Positions 46,834 to 56,477 of a DNA stretch of 64,000 nt are shown in pieces. A model generated the notes under the pieces. It saw nothing but the letters and a program-made list of their open reading frames with translations, made no database searches and was not told the DNA's origin. Source of the DNA: Gemmatimonas sp. (GTDB lineage: Bacteria > Gemmatimonadota > Gemmatimonadetes > Gemmatimonadales > Gemmatimonadaceae). The first letter of the stretch is position 1. The number at the start of each line of letters is the position of its first letter. Where the stretch lies: positions 3,072,001-3,136,000 of the forward strand of contig OZ257156.1 of the NCBI GenBank assembly GCA_965279375.1. The letters are read 5' to 3'. The position numbers were made by a program, and so were the translations under genes.

Positions 46834-46872
46834 GGGCGATTTCTCCAAGCTGCAAACGATGGCGGAGGGGTG

Positions 46873-46930
46873 GCGTCGGCCGGGGATGGCATCGCACCGA
46901 CACGTGCGATCACCATCCCGGCGGCGACGC
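46873..46930 (-). other. Intercistronic stem-loop between pufA and pufL
   Basis: GCGTCG-GCCGGG-GATGG-C-ATCGCAC [loop] GTGCGAT-CA-CCATC-CCGGC-GG-CGACGC. Confidence 0.7.
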
Positions 46931-46938
46931 GCGACGTA

Positions 46939-47154
46939 TTACCGGCCGGGCGGGAGCGGCGACATTTCTGCCGCCGTTGCCGGAGCCGATGCCCCGACGG
47001 GCGCCTGCGCAGCGGTCAACGTGCCGTTCTCGATCCACGAGTAACGAACGCTGCTGAGCAGGATGAAATGAATGACGAACGCGAGCAGTCCGAGGAAGCC
47101 AGCCATGGCGACCATGATGCGACGCGGGTCATACATCAACCAGATGCGATGCAT
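46939..47154 (-). CDS. pufA: Light-harvesting alpha polypeptide, LH1-type, 71 aa with long C-terminal tail
   Basis: MHRIWLMYDPRR...LAFVIHFILLSS.RYSW; GGGAG RBS. Confidence 0.95.
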   Translation of the reverse strand: MHRIWLMYDPRRIMVAMAGFLGLLAFVIHFILLSSVRYSWIENGTLTAAQAPVGASAPATAAEMSPLPPGR

Positions 47155-47165
47155 GATGGTCTCCC

Positions 47166-47330
47166 TTAACGGGTGGCGGCGGCAGGCGTCGCGTACTTCG
47201 CTACCGTGCTGCCAGGGTAGTTGACCACGCGGAAGGCGAAGAGGTGAATCACGAGCACCGTTCCGGCGATAAACGAGCCGAGGACGGACATGATGATTTG
47301 GGGATCGAGCCCCACCCAGATTCGATGCAT
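47166..47330 (-). CDS. pufA: Second light-harvesting alpha polypeptide (outer-ring LHh type), 54 aa; absent from the ORF track
   Basis: Hand translation: MHRIWVGLDPQIIMSVLGSFIAGTVLVIHLFAFRVVNYPGSTVAKYATPAAATR; AAGGAG RBS. Confidence 0.92.
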   Translation of the reverse strand: MHRIWVGLDPQIIMSVLGSFIAGTVLVIHLFAFRVVNYPGSTVAKYATPAAATR

Positions 47331-47375
47331 GTAGCGCTCCTTAGTGCGCAGATGTTATGCGGTAACCAGCGGGAC

Positions 47376-47513
47376 TCAGAACCAGGGACGCCAGCTCCAC
47401 GCGAGCAGATGCGCGCCAACAGCCGTCAGCACGAACGCCGCAGTGCCCGCAACGAAGAAGCCATGAAAGCGACGGGCCTCTTCCTCGGTCATGCCGCCAT
47501 TTCCTTCAGCCAT
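47376..47513 (-). CDS. pufB: Light-harvesting beta polypeptide, 45 aa
   Basis: GMTEEEARRFH...AVGAHLLAWSWRPWF; GGAGGA RBS. Confidence 0.96.
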   Translation of the reverse strand: MAEGNGGMTEEEARRFHGFFVAGTAAFVLTAVGAHLLAWSWRPWF

Positions 47514-47607
47514 ACATCCTCCAGAGAAAAGCGATGCTACCGCGCTCGTCCCGCGCGGCCGGGATGCCAAATCCATGCGGACTCGGCGAACACACTGTTC
47601 TTGCGGC

Positions 47608-47651
47608 TGTAAACTTCACCTTACAGTGCACGCCGTCAAGAATTATTTACA
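47608..47651. promoter_or_regulatory. Pair of PpsR palindromes (8 bp apart) in the divergent puf/bchO region
   Basis: TGTAAACTTCACCTTACA (47608-25, perfect) and CGTCAAGAATTATTTACA (47634-51). Confidence 0.85.
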
Positions 47652-47674
47652 CTTTTGCACAACATTTCTTGCTC

Positions 47675-48601
47675 ATGGTTCCAGACACCCCCGATTTCTC
47701 TCGAAAGGACGGCCCAATCACCGATACTCCTCCTCCCGATTGGCCCTTTCGCGAGCACTCACAGTTCCGCGAACTCCACGGGGTGCGCTGGCATTTCCAA
47801 CAGATGGGGCAGGGGCCACAACTCCTCCTCGTCCATGGCACGGGCGGCTCGGTCCACTCGTGGCACCACTGCCTCGCCACCCTCGCCAAGTCGTTCCGCG
47901 TCACCGCCATCGACCTGCCCGGACACGGATTCACGCTCGTCCCCGAGGACGTCGATGCGCGCGACGACCTCTACTCCCTGGAAGGGATGGCGCGCGCGCT
48001 CGCCCAACTGCTCCGCACCATCGATGTGAATCCCACGCTCGTCGCCGGACACTCGGCGGGCGTCGCGGTACTGCTGCGCATGGTGCTCGATGCGCACATC
48101 GCTCCGGCACGCTTGGTCGGCTTCAATCCGGCGCTGGTCGCACCGCCCGACTTCTACGTCGCCTTCATCGCACCGATCCTCGGCACCTTCTTCGAGTCGC
48201 GCCTCGTTGCCGACAGCGGCGCATGGATCGCGCGCAGCACGGGTATGATCCGCACGATGCTGTCGAGCACGGGTACGGCGCTGTCTCCGGAAGACCTCGC
48301 CCGCTACGAACTGCTCTGCAAACGACCGCAGCACGTGCACGCGGCCATGGCGATGATGTCGCGGTGGGACCTGCCCAAGATCGTGCGTGATTCGGTCTCG
48401 CTCACCACACCTGTTGAACTCATCGCCGGCGACAACGACCGCTGGGTGCCGTATGCCTCGCTGCAGCGCAGCGTCGCGCGCCTACCGTCGGCCACGCTGC
48501 GCGCTGTCGCCGGTGCAGGGCATCTGCTGCTCGAAGAACGCCCGGAGGAAATCGTTGGCGCGCTGGTGGGAGCGCTTGGCGGGAGTTCGCGCGTAGGATA
48601 G
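47675..48601 (+). CDS. bchO: Alpha/beta hydrolase BchO
   Basis: DWP.REHS, HGTGGS.HSW, DLPGHGFT, GHSAG, AGHL; located in the PGC. Confidence 0.88.
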   Translation: MVPDTPDFSRKDGPITDTPPPDWPFREHSQFRELHGVRWHFQQMGQGPQLLLVHGTGGSVHSWHHCLATLAKSFRVTAIDLPGHGFTLVPEDVDARDDLYSLEGMARALAQLLRTIDVNPTLVAGHSAGVAVLLRMVLDAHIAPARLVGFNPALVAPPDFYVAFIAPILGTFFESRLVADSGAWIARSTGMIRTMLSSTGTALSPEDLARYELLCKRPQHVHAAMAMMSRWDLPKIVRDSVSLTTPVELIAGDNDRWVPYASLQRSVARLPSATLRAVAGAGHLLLEERPEEIVGALVGALGGSSRVG

Positions 48602-48606
48602 CTGTG

Positions 48607-48776
48607 GAGGGATAACAGCAGATGAACTGCCTGGCCACGGATAACAAATGAAACGCGCGGAAAAAGCTCGCGGATACTGCAAACAACAATTGTTGTTTTC
48701 GTAGTATCCGCGAGCTTCTTCCGTTTCTATCGGCTCTTATCCGTGGCCGAGCAGTTCATCATCTTCTATCCGCCTC
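48607..48776. repeat. Long imperfect inverted repeat between convergent bchO and bchZ
   Basis: Paired arms GATGAACTGC/GCAGTTCATC, GGCCACGGATAA/TTATCCGTGGCC, AAGCTCGCGGATACT/AGTATCCGCGAGCTT around the central AAACAACAA|TTGTTGTTT. Confidence 0.88.
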
Positions 48777-48800
48777 AATCCCCAGACCAGCCCATAGCGC

Positions 48801-50255
48801 TTACGCAGTTGCCCCCGCAAGGCCGCGACGACTCGCCATCACGTGATCGCGATTCACGATCGTATCGCCCAGCTCGCGCGCGTCCTTCTCCGCAAGATCG
48901 CGCAGCCGCTTTGCTGCCGAGATGCGAATGAGCACCGGATACTGCTCCACGATCTCGTCGAGCGCCGCCTTCGCCTCGTCGTCCCACGGCAGCTCTTTGT
49001 GCAAGCGCGACGGCGTGGCGTCGATCTTGTCCATGTCCGTGCCCAAGGGCAGGATATGGAAGAGCATGTCGAAGAGCGCGTTGCACACTTCCTGAATGAG
49101 ATACGTCGCGCCCGAGTAGCCCATGAACGGCGTACCAGTATGGCGACGGATGATCGCGCCCGGGAACGACGCCGGGATGTACATCGAACGCGCGCCCATC
49201 TCTGCCAGATACATGCGCTCGTTGTAGCTGCCGAACATCATCAGCGGCGGATTGGCGCGGATGGCCGCACGTACCGCCTCGTTGTCCGGCTTCACACCCG
49301 GGCGACGCGAGAAGGCGAAGGAGCAGGGCAGCCCCATTTCGGTCTCGAGGAAATTCCGCACACCACGCGCATACGTCTCGTTCGCGACGATCGCGAAGTT
49401 GGCCGTGCCGAAGAAGTCCTGCGTCACACTGCGCCACAGGTCCCACAACGGCTTGATCGTCGTGTGCTTCTCCTTCTCGATGAACGGCTCGGGATCGAGC
49501 CCCAGCATCTCGCCCAACGTGCGCAAGAACTTGGTCGTGCTATGCAGACCGATGGGCGCCTGCAGATACGGCCGATCGAGCGCTTCGCACAGCATGCGCC
49601 CGAACTCTCGATACATGCAGACGTTCACGTCGGCGTCCACGAGGCGCGGCACATTTTCCAAATGGCTGCCGAGCGGGAAGACCATGTTCACTTCGGCACC
49701 GATCCCTTCCACCAGGCGACGGATTTCCGCCAGGTCGCTCGGCGAATTGAAGTAGCCGTAGATCGTGCCGACGATGTTCACGCGTGGCTTGTCGCCCGGC
49801 TGCTTTTCCTTGCGCTTGGGCGCGATCCCCTTCTTGAGGCCGTACTCGGTCCACAGCCAGTACAGCGCGCGCTCCGCCGCCTGCCACTGATCTTCGTCGA
49901 TGGTGCGCGGCAGGAAGCGCTGAATGTTGGTGCCTTCGGGCGTGACACCGCCACCGATCATCTCGGCGATGGAACCAGTGACGACGACAGCCGGCAATTC
50001 GGGATCGAGCGTCTTGTGCGCGCGACGCATCGCGCCTTCGGTGCCGTTACGCCCCAACTCTTCTTCGCCGAGTCCGGTGACGACAATCGGCAGCTCATGC
50101 GGCGGCAGCGCGTCGGTGTAGTGCAGCACCGAGGTCACGGGGAGATTTTCGCACCCCACCGGACCATCGATGACTACCTGCAATCCCTTGATCGCGGTGA
50201 AGACGTACACCGCACCCCAATAGCCACCAGCGCGATCATGATCGAGAACGAGCAT
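48801..50255 (-). CDS. bchZ: Chlorophyllide a reductase subunit Z
   Basis: [27 protein letters not shown]-terminal [10 protein letters not shown]. Confidence 0.96.
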   Translation of the reverse strand: MLVLDHDRAGGYWGAVYVFTAIKGLQVVIDGPVGCENLPVTSVLHYTDALPPHELPIVVTGLGEEELGRNGTEGAMRRAHKTLDPELPAVVVTGSIAEMIGGGVTPEGTNIQRFLPRTIDEDQWQAAERALYWLWTEYGLKKGIAPKRKEKQPGDKPRVNIVGTIYGYFNSPSDLAEIRRLVEGIGAEVNMVFPLGSHLENVPRLVDADVNVCMYREFGRMLCEALDRPYLQAPIGLHSTTKFLRTLGEMLGLDPEPFIEKEKHTTIKPLWDLWRSVTQDFFGTANFAIVANETYARGVRNFLETEMGLPCSFAFSRRPGVKPDNEAVRAAIRANPPLMMFGSYNERMYLAEMGARSMYIPASFPGAIIRRHTGTPFMGYSGATYLIQEVCNALFDMLFHILPLGTDMDKIDATPSRLHKELPWDDEAKAALDEIVEQYPVLIRISAAKRLRDLAEKDARELGDTIVNRDHVMASRRGLAGATA

Positions 50256-51868
50256 CAGACCATCTCCTCCGCCTTGCGCGCACGCGCGAGCTTGGCGAGG
50301 TGACGCTTGTAGTGATCGCGGAACTCCGGATGATCGACCGGTACCTCTTCCCACACGCCGGCGGCGAAACCGGTGCCGACGCCTTCAAAGAACTCAGTCA
50401 TGGTATCGAAGCGCGCCTTGTTTCCCAGCGCTGCGTTCACCACCGTCGCGAGCGAACCGGCACCGGCCGGGCCCATGAGCGGGCGCGCCGAAATGAGATT
50501 CGTGAAGTAGAGCGACGGAACCGAGAGCTCCTTGGCCTTCTGTACGACCGGCGTGGTGCCGATGGCGAGATCAGGCTTGAACTCGTGCAATGCGGCGAGG
50601 TCCTGCTCGAGCGATGCGCGGAACTGCACGTGGATGCCGCGCGCGGCCAACCACTCGCGATCGACTTCGCTGTACGGCGTACGCGGGCACGCCGTGCCCA
50701 CGTAGCGCACATCGGCGCCGCTCTCCACGAGCAAGCGCGCAACGAGCAGCTCCGAACCTTCATACCCCGACATCGTGATGCGCCCGTTGATCGGCTTGGC
50801 CGAGAGCGCACCCTTGATGGCCGGGAGGAACTTGTTCTTGGCTGCGTCGATCTTGTCGCGTGACACGTTGGCCATCTGCCCGATCGACTCGAGCCACGCT
50901 TCCGTACCATCGTAGCCGACGGGCGCTGAGCCAACGATCGGCCGACCAGCCGCGGTGAATTCGCGATACGACGCCGTGTAGAACGGATGGATCGCGGCCA
51001 CGCCCACGCAATCGAGCGCGGCGTACAGCTCGCGCCACTCACGCGTGGGCACCACCGGACCTGCGGCGAGCCCCAACGGCTCGAGCATCATCGCGATGCC
51101 GACAGGGTCGACGGGGAACATCTCGCCGACAAGCGTCACGGTCGGCTTCTCGCTCTTGCCACCGCGCGGCGCGGCCACCGGACCCTGCTCGGCTTCTGTG
51201 CGCGCATAACGCAGCATTGCACCGGCGAGTACGTCCTTTGCTTCGGCATGCGTGGGCACACCAAACCCGGGCACGTCGATGCCGATGATGCGCACGCCGT
51301 TGATTTCCTTGGGCAACAGCTGCAGCGGCACACCGGACGCCGTCGGCACGCAGAGATTCGTGATCACGATCGCGTCGTACAACGCCGGATCGGCCATCTT
51401 GTAGACGGCGTCGCGAATGTCTTCGAACAGCTGGCCCGTGACGAGCGACTCCGAGTTGAACGGTACGTAGCCGACGGTGCGACGCGCGCCGTAGAAGTGC
51501 GACGTGAAGGTGAGACCGTACACGCAGCACGCCGACCCCGAGAGGATCGTTGCGGTGCGGCGCATGCGCAGTCCCACGCGCAGCGAACCGAACGCGGGGC
51601 ACATGCTCTGTGGCTGGTCGTGCGGCCCCTTGGGGTAGTCGGCCGCATAGCGATCGAGCGTTTCACTCTTGCCCGCCGCCTTCGCGGCCGCCAGCATCTC
51701 GTCCGCACCGGCGTGACAACCAAGTCCGTCGGCCGCCGTCGCTGCGGTGTTGATTGCGCCCGCGTCCACGATCGGCAGCGAGCGGTTGCTCGGCTGATCC
51801 GCGTCGTTCGCGGTCGGCGTGTTGCCAGCGTTGTCGTAAACGACCTCGCCTGTCGCGTTCTTGATCAT
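50255..51868 (-). CDS. bchY: Chlorophyllide a reductase subunit Y
   Basis: [39 protein letters not shown]. Confidence 0.96.
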   Translation of the reverse strand: MIKNATGEVVYDNAGNTPTANDADQPSNRSLPIVDAGAINTAATAADGLGCHAGADEMLAAAKAAGKSETLDRYAADYPKGPHDQPQSMCPAFGSLRVGLRMRRTATILSGSACCVYGLTFTSHFYGARRTVGYVPFNSESLVTGQLFEDIRDAVYKMADPALYDAIVITNLCVPTASGVPLQLLPKEINGVRIIGIDVPGFGVPTHAEAKDVLAGAMLRYARTEAEQGPVAAPRGGKSEKPTVTLVGEMFPVDPVGIAMMLEPLGLAAGPVVPTREWRELYAALDCVGVAAIHPFYTASYREFTAAGRPIVGSAPVGYDGTEAWLESIGQMANVSRDKIDAAKNKFLPAIKGALSAKPINGRITMSGYEGSELLVARLLVESGADVRYVGTACPRTPYSEVDREWLAARGIHVQFRASLEQDLAALHEFKPDLAIGTTPVVQKAKELSVPSLYFTNLISARPLMGPAGAGSLATVVNAALGNKARFDTMTEFFEGVGTGFAAGVWEEVPVDHPEFRDHYKRHLAKLARARKAEEMV

Positions 51869-51881
51869 GACAGTCTCGTGC

Positions 51882-52889
51882 TCAGACGGTGTCGTAGACG
51901 ACTTCGAGCGACGGCTTGGTCACGTCTTCGCGGCCAACGAGGTCGAACATCGTCGCCGGTTCCAGCGTGACGTTGCCACCGACCTGGCTTGCGGCAAAGA
52001 GACCGAGCAGCTGATCCTGCGTGAGCGGCTTGGGGCGTACCGGCGGTGCGTCGGCCACAGCCTGCGCGAGCTCGCCGAACAACGGTCCCCACTGTCCGCC
52101 GGGATATCCGATGATCTCGTAGTTCGCGCTCTTCTTGCGGATGTCGTCGTGCGCGGGGACCTTGGCGAGAATCGGAATGCCGGCGGCGTTGGCAAACGCT
52201 TCGGCCTCACCGGTGCCGTCGTCCTTGTTGATCAGAATGCCGGCCACGCCCACGTTGCCACCCAGCTTGCGGAAGTATTCCACCGCCGAGCAGACGTTGT
52301 TGGCCACGTAGAGCGACTGCAGGTCGTTGGAGCCAACGACGATGACCTTCTGGCACATGTCGCGCGCGATCGGCAAGCCGAAGCCGCCGCACACCACGTC
52401 GCCGAGGAAGTCGAGCAGCACGAAGTCGAAGCCCCACTCGTGGAAGCCCAGCTTCTCGAGAATTTCAAAGCCGTGAATGATGCCGCGTCCGCCGCAGCCA
52501 CGACCGACTTCCGGGCCGCCGAGCTCCATCGCGAACACGCCGTCGCGCTTGAAGCAGACGTCGGAGATGGAGACCTGCTGTCCGGCGAGCTTGAGGCGCG
52601 AGGAGACTTCGATGATGGTCGGGCAGGCGCGTCCACCAAAGAGCAACGACGTGGTGTCGCTCTTGGGATCGCAGCCGATGAGCAGCACCTTCTTGCCCTG
52701 CTGCGCCATCATGTACGAGAGATTCGCGAGCGAGAAGCTCTTGCCGATGCCGCCCTTGCCGTAGATCGCGATGATCTGCGTTTCCTTGGTGACCGGACCG
52801 GTGTGCACCTCGTCGGGCGCGGAGGCCGCTTCGTTGCGGACCGCCGAGTGCAGTTGATGCAGGGCGCCGTTCGAACCGTTGTCGCTCAT
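51882..52889 (-). CDS. bchX: Chlorophyllide a reductase iron protein subunit X
   Basis: [48 protein letters not shown] overlap with bchC. Confidence 0.96.
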   Translation of the reverse strand: MSDNGSNGALHQLHSAVRNEAASAPDEVHTGPVTKETQIIAIYGKGGIGKSFSLANLSYMMAQQGKKVLLIGCDPKSDTTSLLFGGRACPTIIEVSSRLKLAGQQVSISDVCFKRDGVFAMELGGPEVGRGCGGRGIIHGFEILEKLGFHEWGFDFVLLDFLGDVVCGGFGLPIARDMCQKVIVVGSNDLQSLYVANNVCSAVEYFRKLGGNVGVAGILINKDDGTGEAEAFANAAGIPILAKVPAHDDIRKKSANYEIIGYPGGQWGPLFGELAQAVADAPPVRPKPLTQDQLLGLFAASQVGGNVTLEPATMFDLVGREDVTKPSLEVVYDTV

Positions 52890-53863
52890 ACTGCCGTTCT
52901 CCAGTCGAGGATCATCTTGACGCAGTGGGGATCGCCGAACGCGGTATCGTACGCGTGGGCGGCACGGGCTACAGGTTCGCGGTGCGTGATCAGGCCGTCG
53001 AGTGACAGCGCACCCGAATTGGCCAGCGCCGCGATGGCTTGCAAATCGGATTCCTTCCATTGCGCGGCGATGCGGAATCGCGCCTGACGCATGAAGGCGG
53101 GCGGGAACGTGAAGGAGACGGGCTCGCTATAGAAGCCAGCCAGACACATTTCGCCGCCCGGCGCCATGCGCGCGATCAGCGAGTCGAAAATGCCGTTGGC
53201 TCCACTCACTTCGCACACCGTGCGATAGTCGCGACGAGTGTCCGCGTCGGGATGGATGACGGAGTAGCCCTGCGCGCCATCCATACGCACGGGATTGATT
53301 TCCCACACCGTCGGCGTCTTGCCGCCATACAGCACCACGAGGCGAGCAATGAGTCGCCCGAGTGCACCGTGTCCGACGATCAGTTCGGGGAGCTGCTCCG
53401 GCACGTCGCGCGGCGAAACGCCAGGCGCGGTTAAACAGAGCGCATTGTGCGCCGTGGCGGCGAGCGCGAAGAGCGCGCCTTGCTCGCCAAGCGCAGGATC
53501 GAGCACGACTGTCTTGCTGCCGGGCACCACCACCAGCGACGCCTGTCCACCAAACAGCCCGCGCGCCTCGTTGAAGCCGCGCGATCCGGCGATGTAGACC
53601 AGCTCTCCCACCGTGCGCCCTGACGTCGGGCCCGCTTCGACGATCTCGCCGACCCCTTCGTAGCCGGGAACCAGCGGGTACCCGAGCCCCGGGAAGGGAG
53701 GCATGGTTCCGGTCCAGAGCATGCGCTCGGTTCCCGTGCTGATTCCCGACCACCGCATCGCGACGAGCACGTCGGCGTCGGTTGGTGGAACGAGCGTCAG
53801 ATGCCGGACGGCAAGCTGCTTGGGCTGTTCAAAGACAACGGCGAGTGTTTCCACGGACTCCAC
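52886..53863 (-). CDS. bchC: 3-hydroxyethyl bacteriochlorophyllide dehydrogenase
   Basis: WSGISTGTE..LW.G.MP.FPG.GYPLVPGYE; LAGFY; FPPAFM; start may be GTG 53854. Confidence 0.95.
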   Translation of the reverse strand: MESVETLAVVFEQPKQLAVRHLTLVPPTDADVLVAMRWSGISTGTERMLWTGTMPPFPGLGYPLVPGYEGVGEIVEAGPTSGRTVGELVYIAGSRGFNEARGLFGGQASLVVVPGSKTVVLDPALGEQGALFALAATAHNALCLTAPGVSPRDVPEQLPELIVGHGALGRLIARLVVLYGGKTPTVWEINPVRMDGAQGYSVIHPDADTRRDYRTVCEVSGANGIFDSLIARMAPGGEMCLAGFYSEPVSFTFPPAFMRQARFRIAAQWKESDLQAIAALANSGALSLDGLITHREPVARAAHAYDTAFGDPHCVKMILDWRTAV

Positions 53864-53944
53864 GCTTTCCCTCGCGAAACTTCGTACGGCCGCACGGTTC
53901 GTCCGCTGCTGCGGAACGGTCCGGCACTGCCTTCTGGCGGGCGG

Positions 53945-53976
53945 TGTAAAGTTGTGTTGACACCACAGGCTGTCAA
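53945..53976. promoter_or_regulatory. PpsR palindrome plus half-site upstream of bchC
   Basis: TGTAAAGTTGTGTTGACA (53945-62, perfect); TGTCAA half-site 8 bp away doubles as a minus-strand TTGACA. Confidence 0.8.
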
Positions 53977-54054
53977 GAATCCCGATCGAGTGAATCGGGA
54001 TGAAGTTTTCGATGCCGTGATGCCTATCAGCGCAGGGCTCGCGCCGACCAGAGA

Positions 54055-55290
54055 TCAGACGTGCGCGACGATCAGTCCGGTCTGGATCGGGAAGCGGGTC
54101 GGGAGCTCTTTGCTCTTCCGGAACCCAGCCTTGCGCAGCATCTCGTGCAGTTCGGCTGGGCGCCGAGCTCTGCCTTTACCCATCGCCATCAGGTAGAAGG
54201 AGAAGTAGGCGTCACCGACGGTTTCGGCACCGGGGGCGCCAGCCAGCGCTTCGGCGATGAGCAGCACGCCGCCCGCCGGGAGTGCGGCGCGGGCGCGGAC
54301 GAGCAGGCGCTGTACGGACTCGTCGTCGTGGTCCAGCAGGACGCGCACGAGCGAGATGACGTCGGCGCCGAGGGGGAGCGCGTCGGCGTGAAAGTTACCG
54401 CCGTCGCATTGCGCCCGATCGCCCATGCCTGCCTGCGAGAGGCGCGCGCGCGCACGCGTGGCGACTGCGGGCAGGTCGAACAGTCGAAGCTGGAGGTTCT
54501 TGTGCCGCTGTCCCACCAACGACAGGAACGCGCCCTCGCCGCCGCCGACATCGAGCAGGCACTGGTGCTTGGAGAGGTCGTACGCGTCGAGCACATCGTG
54601 CGCGACGGGTGGCAGCGTGGCGGCCATGATCTCCGAATAGGCCGCGACGCGCGTGTCGTCGATGGTCTGCGGGCGCGGCGCGTCCGCGTACGACCAGTAG
54701 CGCGACAGCTCCGTGCGGTAGTCGGCACCCTGACGCAGCAGCGACACCGGATCGGTCAGATCCTGATACGCCATCCGATGGTGACGCACCAGTGCGAGCA
54801 CGCCGGTGTTGCCGACGAGGGGTGCGCCGAGCGCGCCGATGGCATAACGGCCGTGGCGACGCTGCATGAGCAGGCGAAGCGACACGGCCGCATTGAGCAG
54901 GCGCTCGGTGCTCGAGCGCGAGAGATTCGTGTGCGCGGCGATCTCATCGACCGTCCGGGCGCCCGCCGCCAGGTACTCGAACAGTTCGAGCTCGACGCAG
55001 GCAAGTAGCGTCTGTGTGTAGACGAACCCCGAGACGATGTCGAACAGCGCCCGAGAACGGCGCATCGTGATGGGGCGCGTCAGCGGAAAGCGGGCGCTCC
55101 ATCGCTGGAAATCGTCGGTGGCAATGAGCGCATTCCATCGATCCCGAATCCGCTCGAACCACGTGGGAGGCGGCACCGTGGCCGCAACGGGCGTCGCCAA
55201 CGGAAGGGAGGCAGCCGGCGTTGCGGCGCGGGAGCGTTCAGGCGCCACCTGGGATGGGGCAGCCGTCAGGGCATGCTCGGGAGGGTTCAC
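54055..55290 (-). CDS. crtF: Carotenoid O-methyltransferase CrtF
   Basis: FQRW...FPLTR, LFD.VSGFVY.Q.L, LDVGGG.G, RVL.DHDD, DAYF..YL.AMG.GR.R; GTG start at 55290 inferred from the promoter. Confidence 0.9.
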   Translation of the reverse strand: MNPPEHALTAAPSQVAPERSRAATPAASLPLATPVAATVPPPTWFERIRDRWNALIATDDFQRWSARFPLTRPITMRRSRALFDIVSGFVYTQTLLACVELELFEYLAAGARTVDEIAAHTNLSRSSTERLLNAAVSLRLLMQRRHGRYAIGALGAPLVGNTGVLALVRHHRMAYQDLTDPVSLLRQGADYRTELSRYWSYADAPRPQTIDDTRVAAYSEIMAATLPPVAHDVLDAYDLSKHQCLLDVGGGEGAFLSLVGQRHKNLQLRLFDLPAVATRARARLSQAGMGDRAQCDGGNFHADALPLGADVISLVRVLLDHDDESVQRLLVRARAALPAGGVLLIAEALAGAPGAETVGDAYFSFYLMAMGKGRARRPAELHEMLRKAGFRKSKELPTRFPIQTGLIVAHV

Positions 55291-55296
55291 CGGTCG

Positions 55297-55383
55297 AGGA
55301 TACCGGTTGCGCTTTCGAGTGTCAAGAAATGTGTACACTTTGATTGTCAGGCTCTTGCAACGCCCCGCGCCCACTTCTAACGT
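55297..55383. promoter_or_regulatory. Divergent crtF/bchI promoters with two PpsR palindromes
   Basis: TGTCAAGAAATGTGTACA (55320-37), TGTCAGGCTCTTGCAACG (55345-62); minus strand TTGACA-N17-TATCCT; plus strand TTGCAA-N17-TAACGT. Confidence 0.8.
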
Positions 55384-55433
55384 GGCGCAGGGGAAAGGGC
55401 TGCCCCCAATCGTGTGAACCTCTCCAAAACTGC

Positions 55434-56477
55434 ATGAGACCGGTCTTTCCGTTCAGCGCTATCGTCGGTCAAGACGAGATGAAGCTGGCGCTGCTGCTGG
55501 TGGCCATCGACCCCTCCATTGGTGGGGTCATGGTGTTTGGCGATCGTGGTACGGGCAAATCCACCGCAGTCCGGGCGCTCGCCGGTCTCCTCCCATCTAT
55601 GAAGGTGGTCACCGGGTGCCGCTATGGCTGCGACCCGACGGCCAACGGCGCGCGCTGCGACGATTGCCGCGCCCGACTTTCGGCGGGGGAGAAGATGCAT
55701 TCTCAGTCCGCCCCAGTCCCCGTGGTCGACCTGCCGCTCGGCGCCACCGAAGATCGACTAGTTGGCGCCCTCGACCTCGAGAAAGCGCTGACCACGGGCG
55801 AGAAGGCGTTCGAGCCGGGACTACTGGCCCGCGCCCATCGCGGATTCTTGTACGTGGACGAAGTGAATCTGCTGGAAGATCATCTGGTGGACCTGCTGCT
55901 CGATGCGGCAGCCACCGGTGAAAACGTCGTCGAGCGCGAGGGCGTCAGCGTGCGTCATCCTGCGCGCTTCGTGCTGGTGGGCAGCGGCAATCCTGAAGAA
56001 GGCGAGCTGCGTCCGCAGCTGCTCGACCGCTTCGGCCTCGCGGTCGACGTGCGCACACCAACAGTCATCGCCACGCGCATCGATGTGATCAAGCGGCGCG
56101 ATGCCTTCGATCGTGATCCCGTCACGTTCCTCGCGCACTGGGCGAAGGCCGATACCAAGATCCGCAAGTCGCTCGAGAAGGCGCGGGCACGCGTGGAGAC
56201 GTTGGAAGTCTCCGATGACGTGCTGCAGCGCGCGGCCGAACTGTGCACCCTGCTGGGTACCGATGGCCTGCGCGGTGAACTGACGTTGCTGCGTACGTCG
56301 CGCGCGTTCGCCGCATTCCAGAACGACAGCACGGTGACGCTCGATCATCTGCGCCGCATTGCGCCGATGGCGCTGCGTCATCGCCTGCGCCGCAATGTGC
56401 TCGATGATGCGGGCAGTACGACGCGTGTCGAGCGGGCGATTGCGGAACTGTGGGGCGACGCGCCGGCGACGGCGTAG
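55434..56477 (+). CDS. bchI: Magnesium chelatase ATPase subunit I
   Basis: FPFSAIVGQ.EMK; GDRGTGKST; LYVDEVNLL; NPEEGELRPQLLDRFG. Confidence 0.96.
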   Translation: MRPVFPFSAIVGQDEMKLALLLVAIDPSIGGVMVFGDRGTGKSTAVRALAGLLPSMKVVTGCRYGCDPTANGARCDDCRARLSAGEKMHSQSAPVPVVDLPLGATEDRLVGALDLEKALTTGEKAFEPGLLARAHRGFLYVDEVNLLEDHLVDLLLDAAATGENVVEREGVSVRHPARFVLVGSGNPEEGELRPQLLDRFGLAVDVRTPTVIATRIDVIKRRDAFDRDPVTFLAHWAKADTKIRKSLEKARARVETLEVSDDVLQRAAELCTLLGTDGLRGELTLLRTSRAFAAFQNDSTVTLDHLRRIAPMALRHRLRRNVLDDAGSTTRVERAIAELWGDAPATA

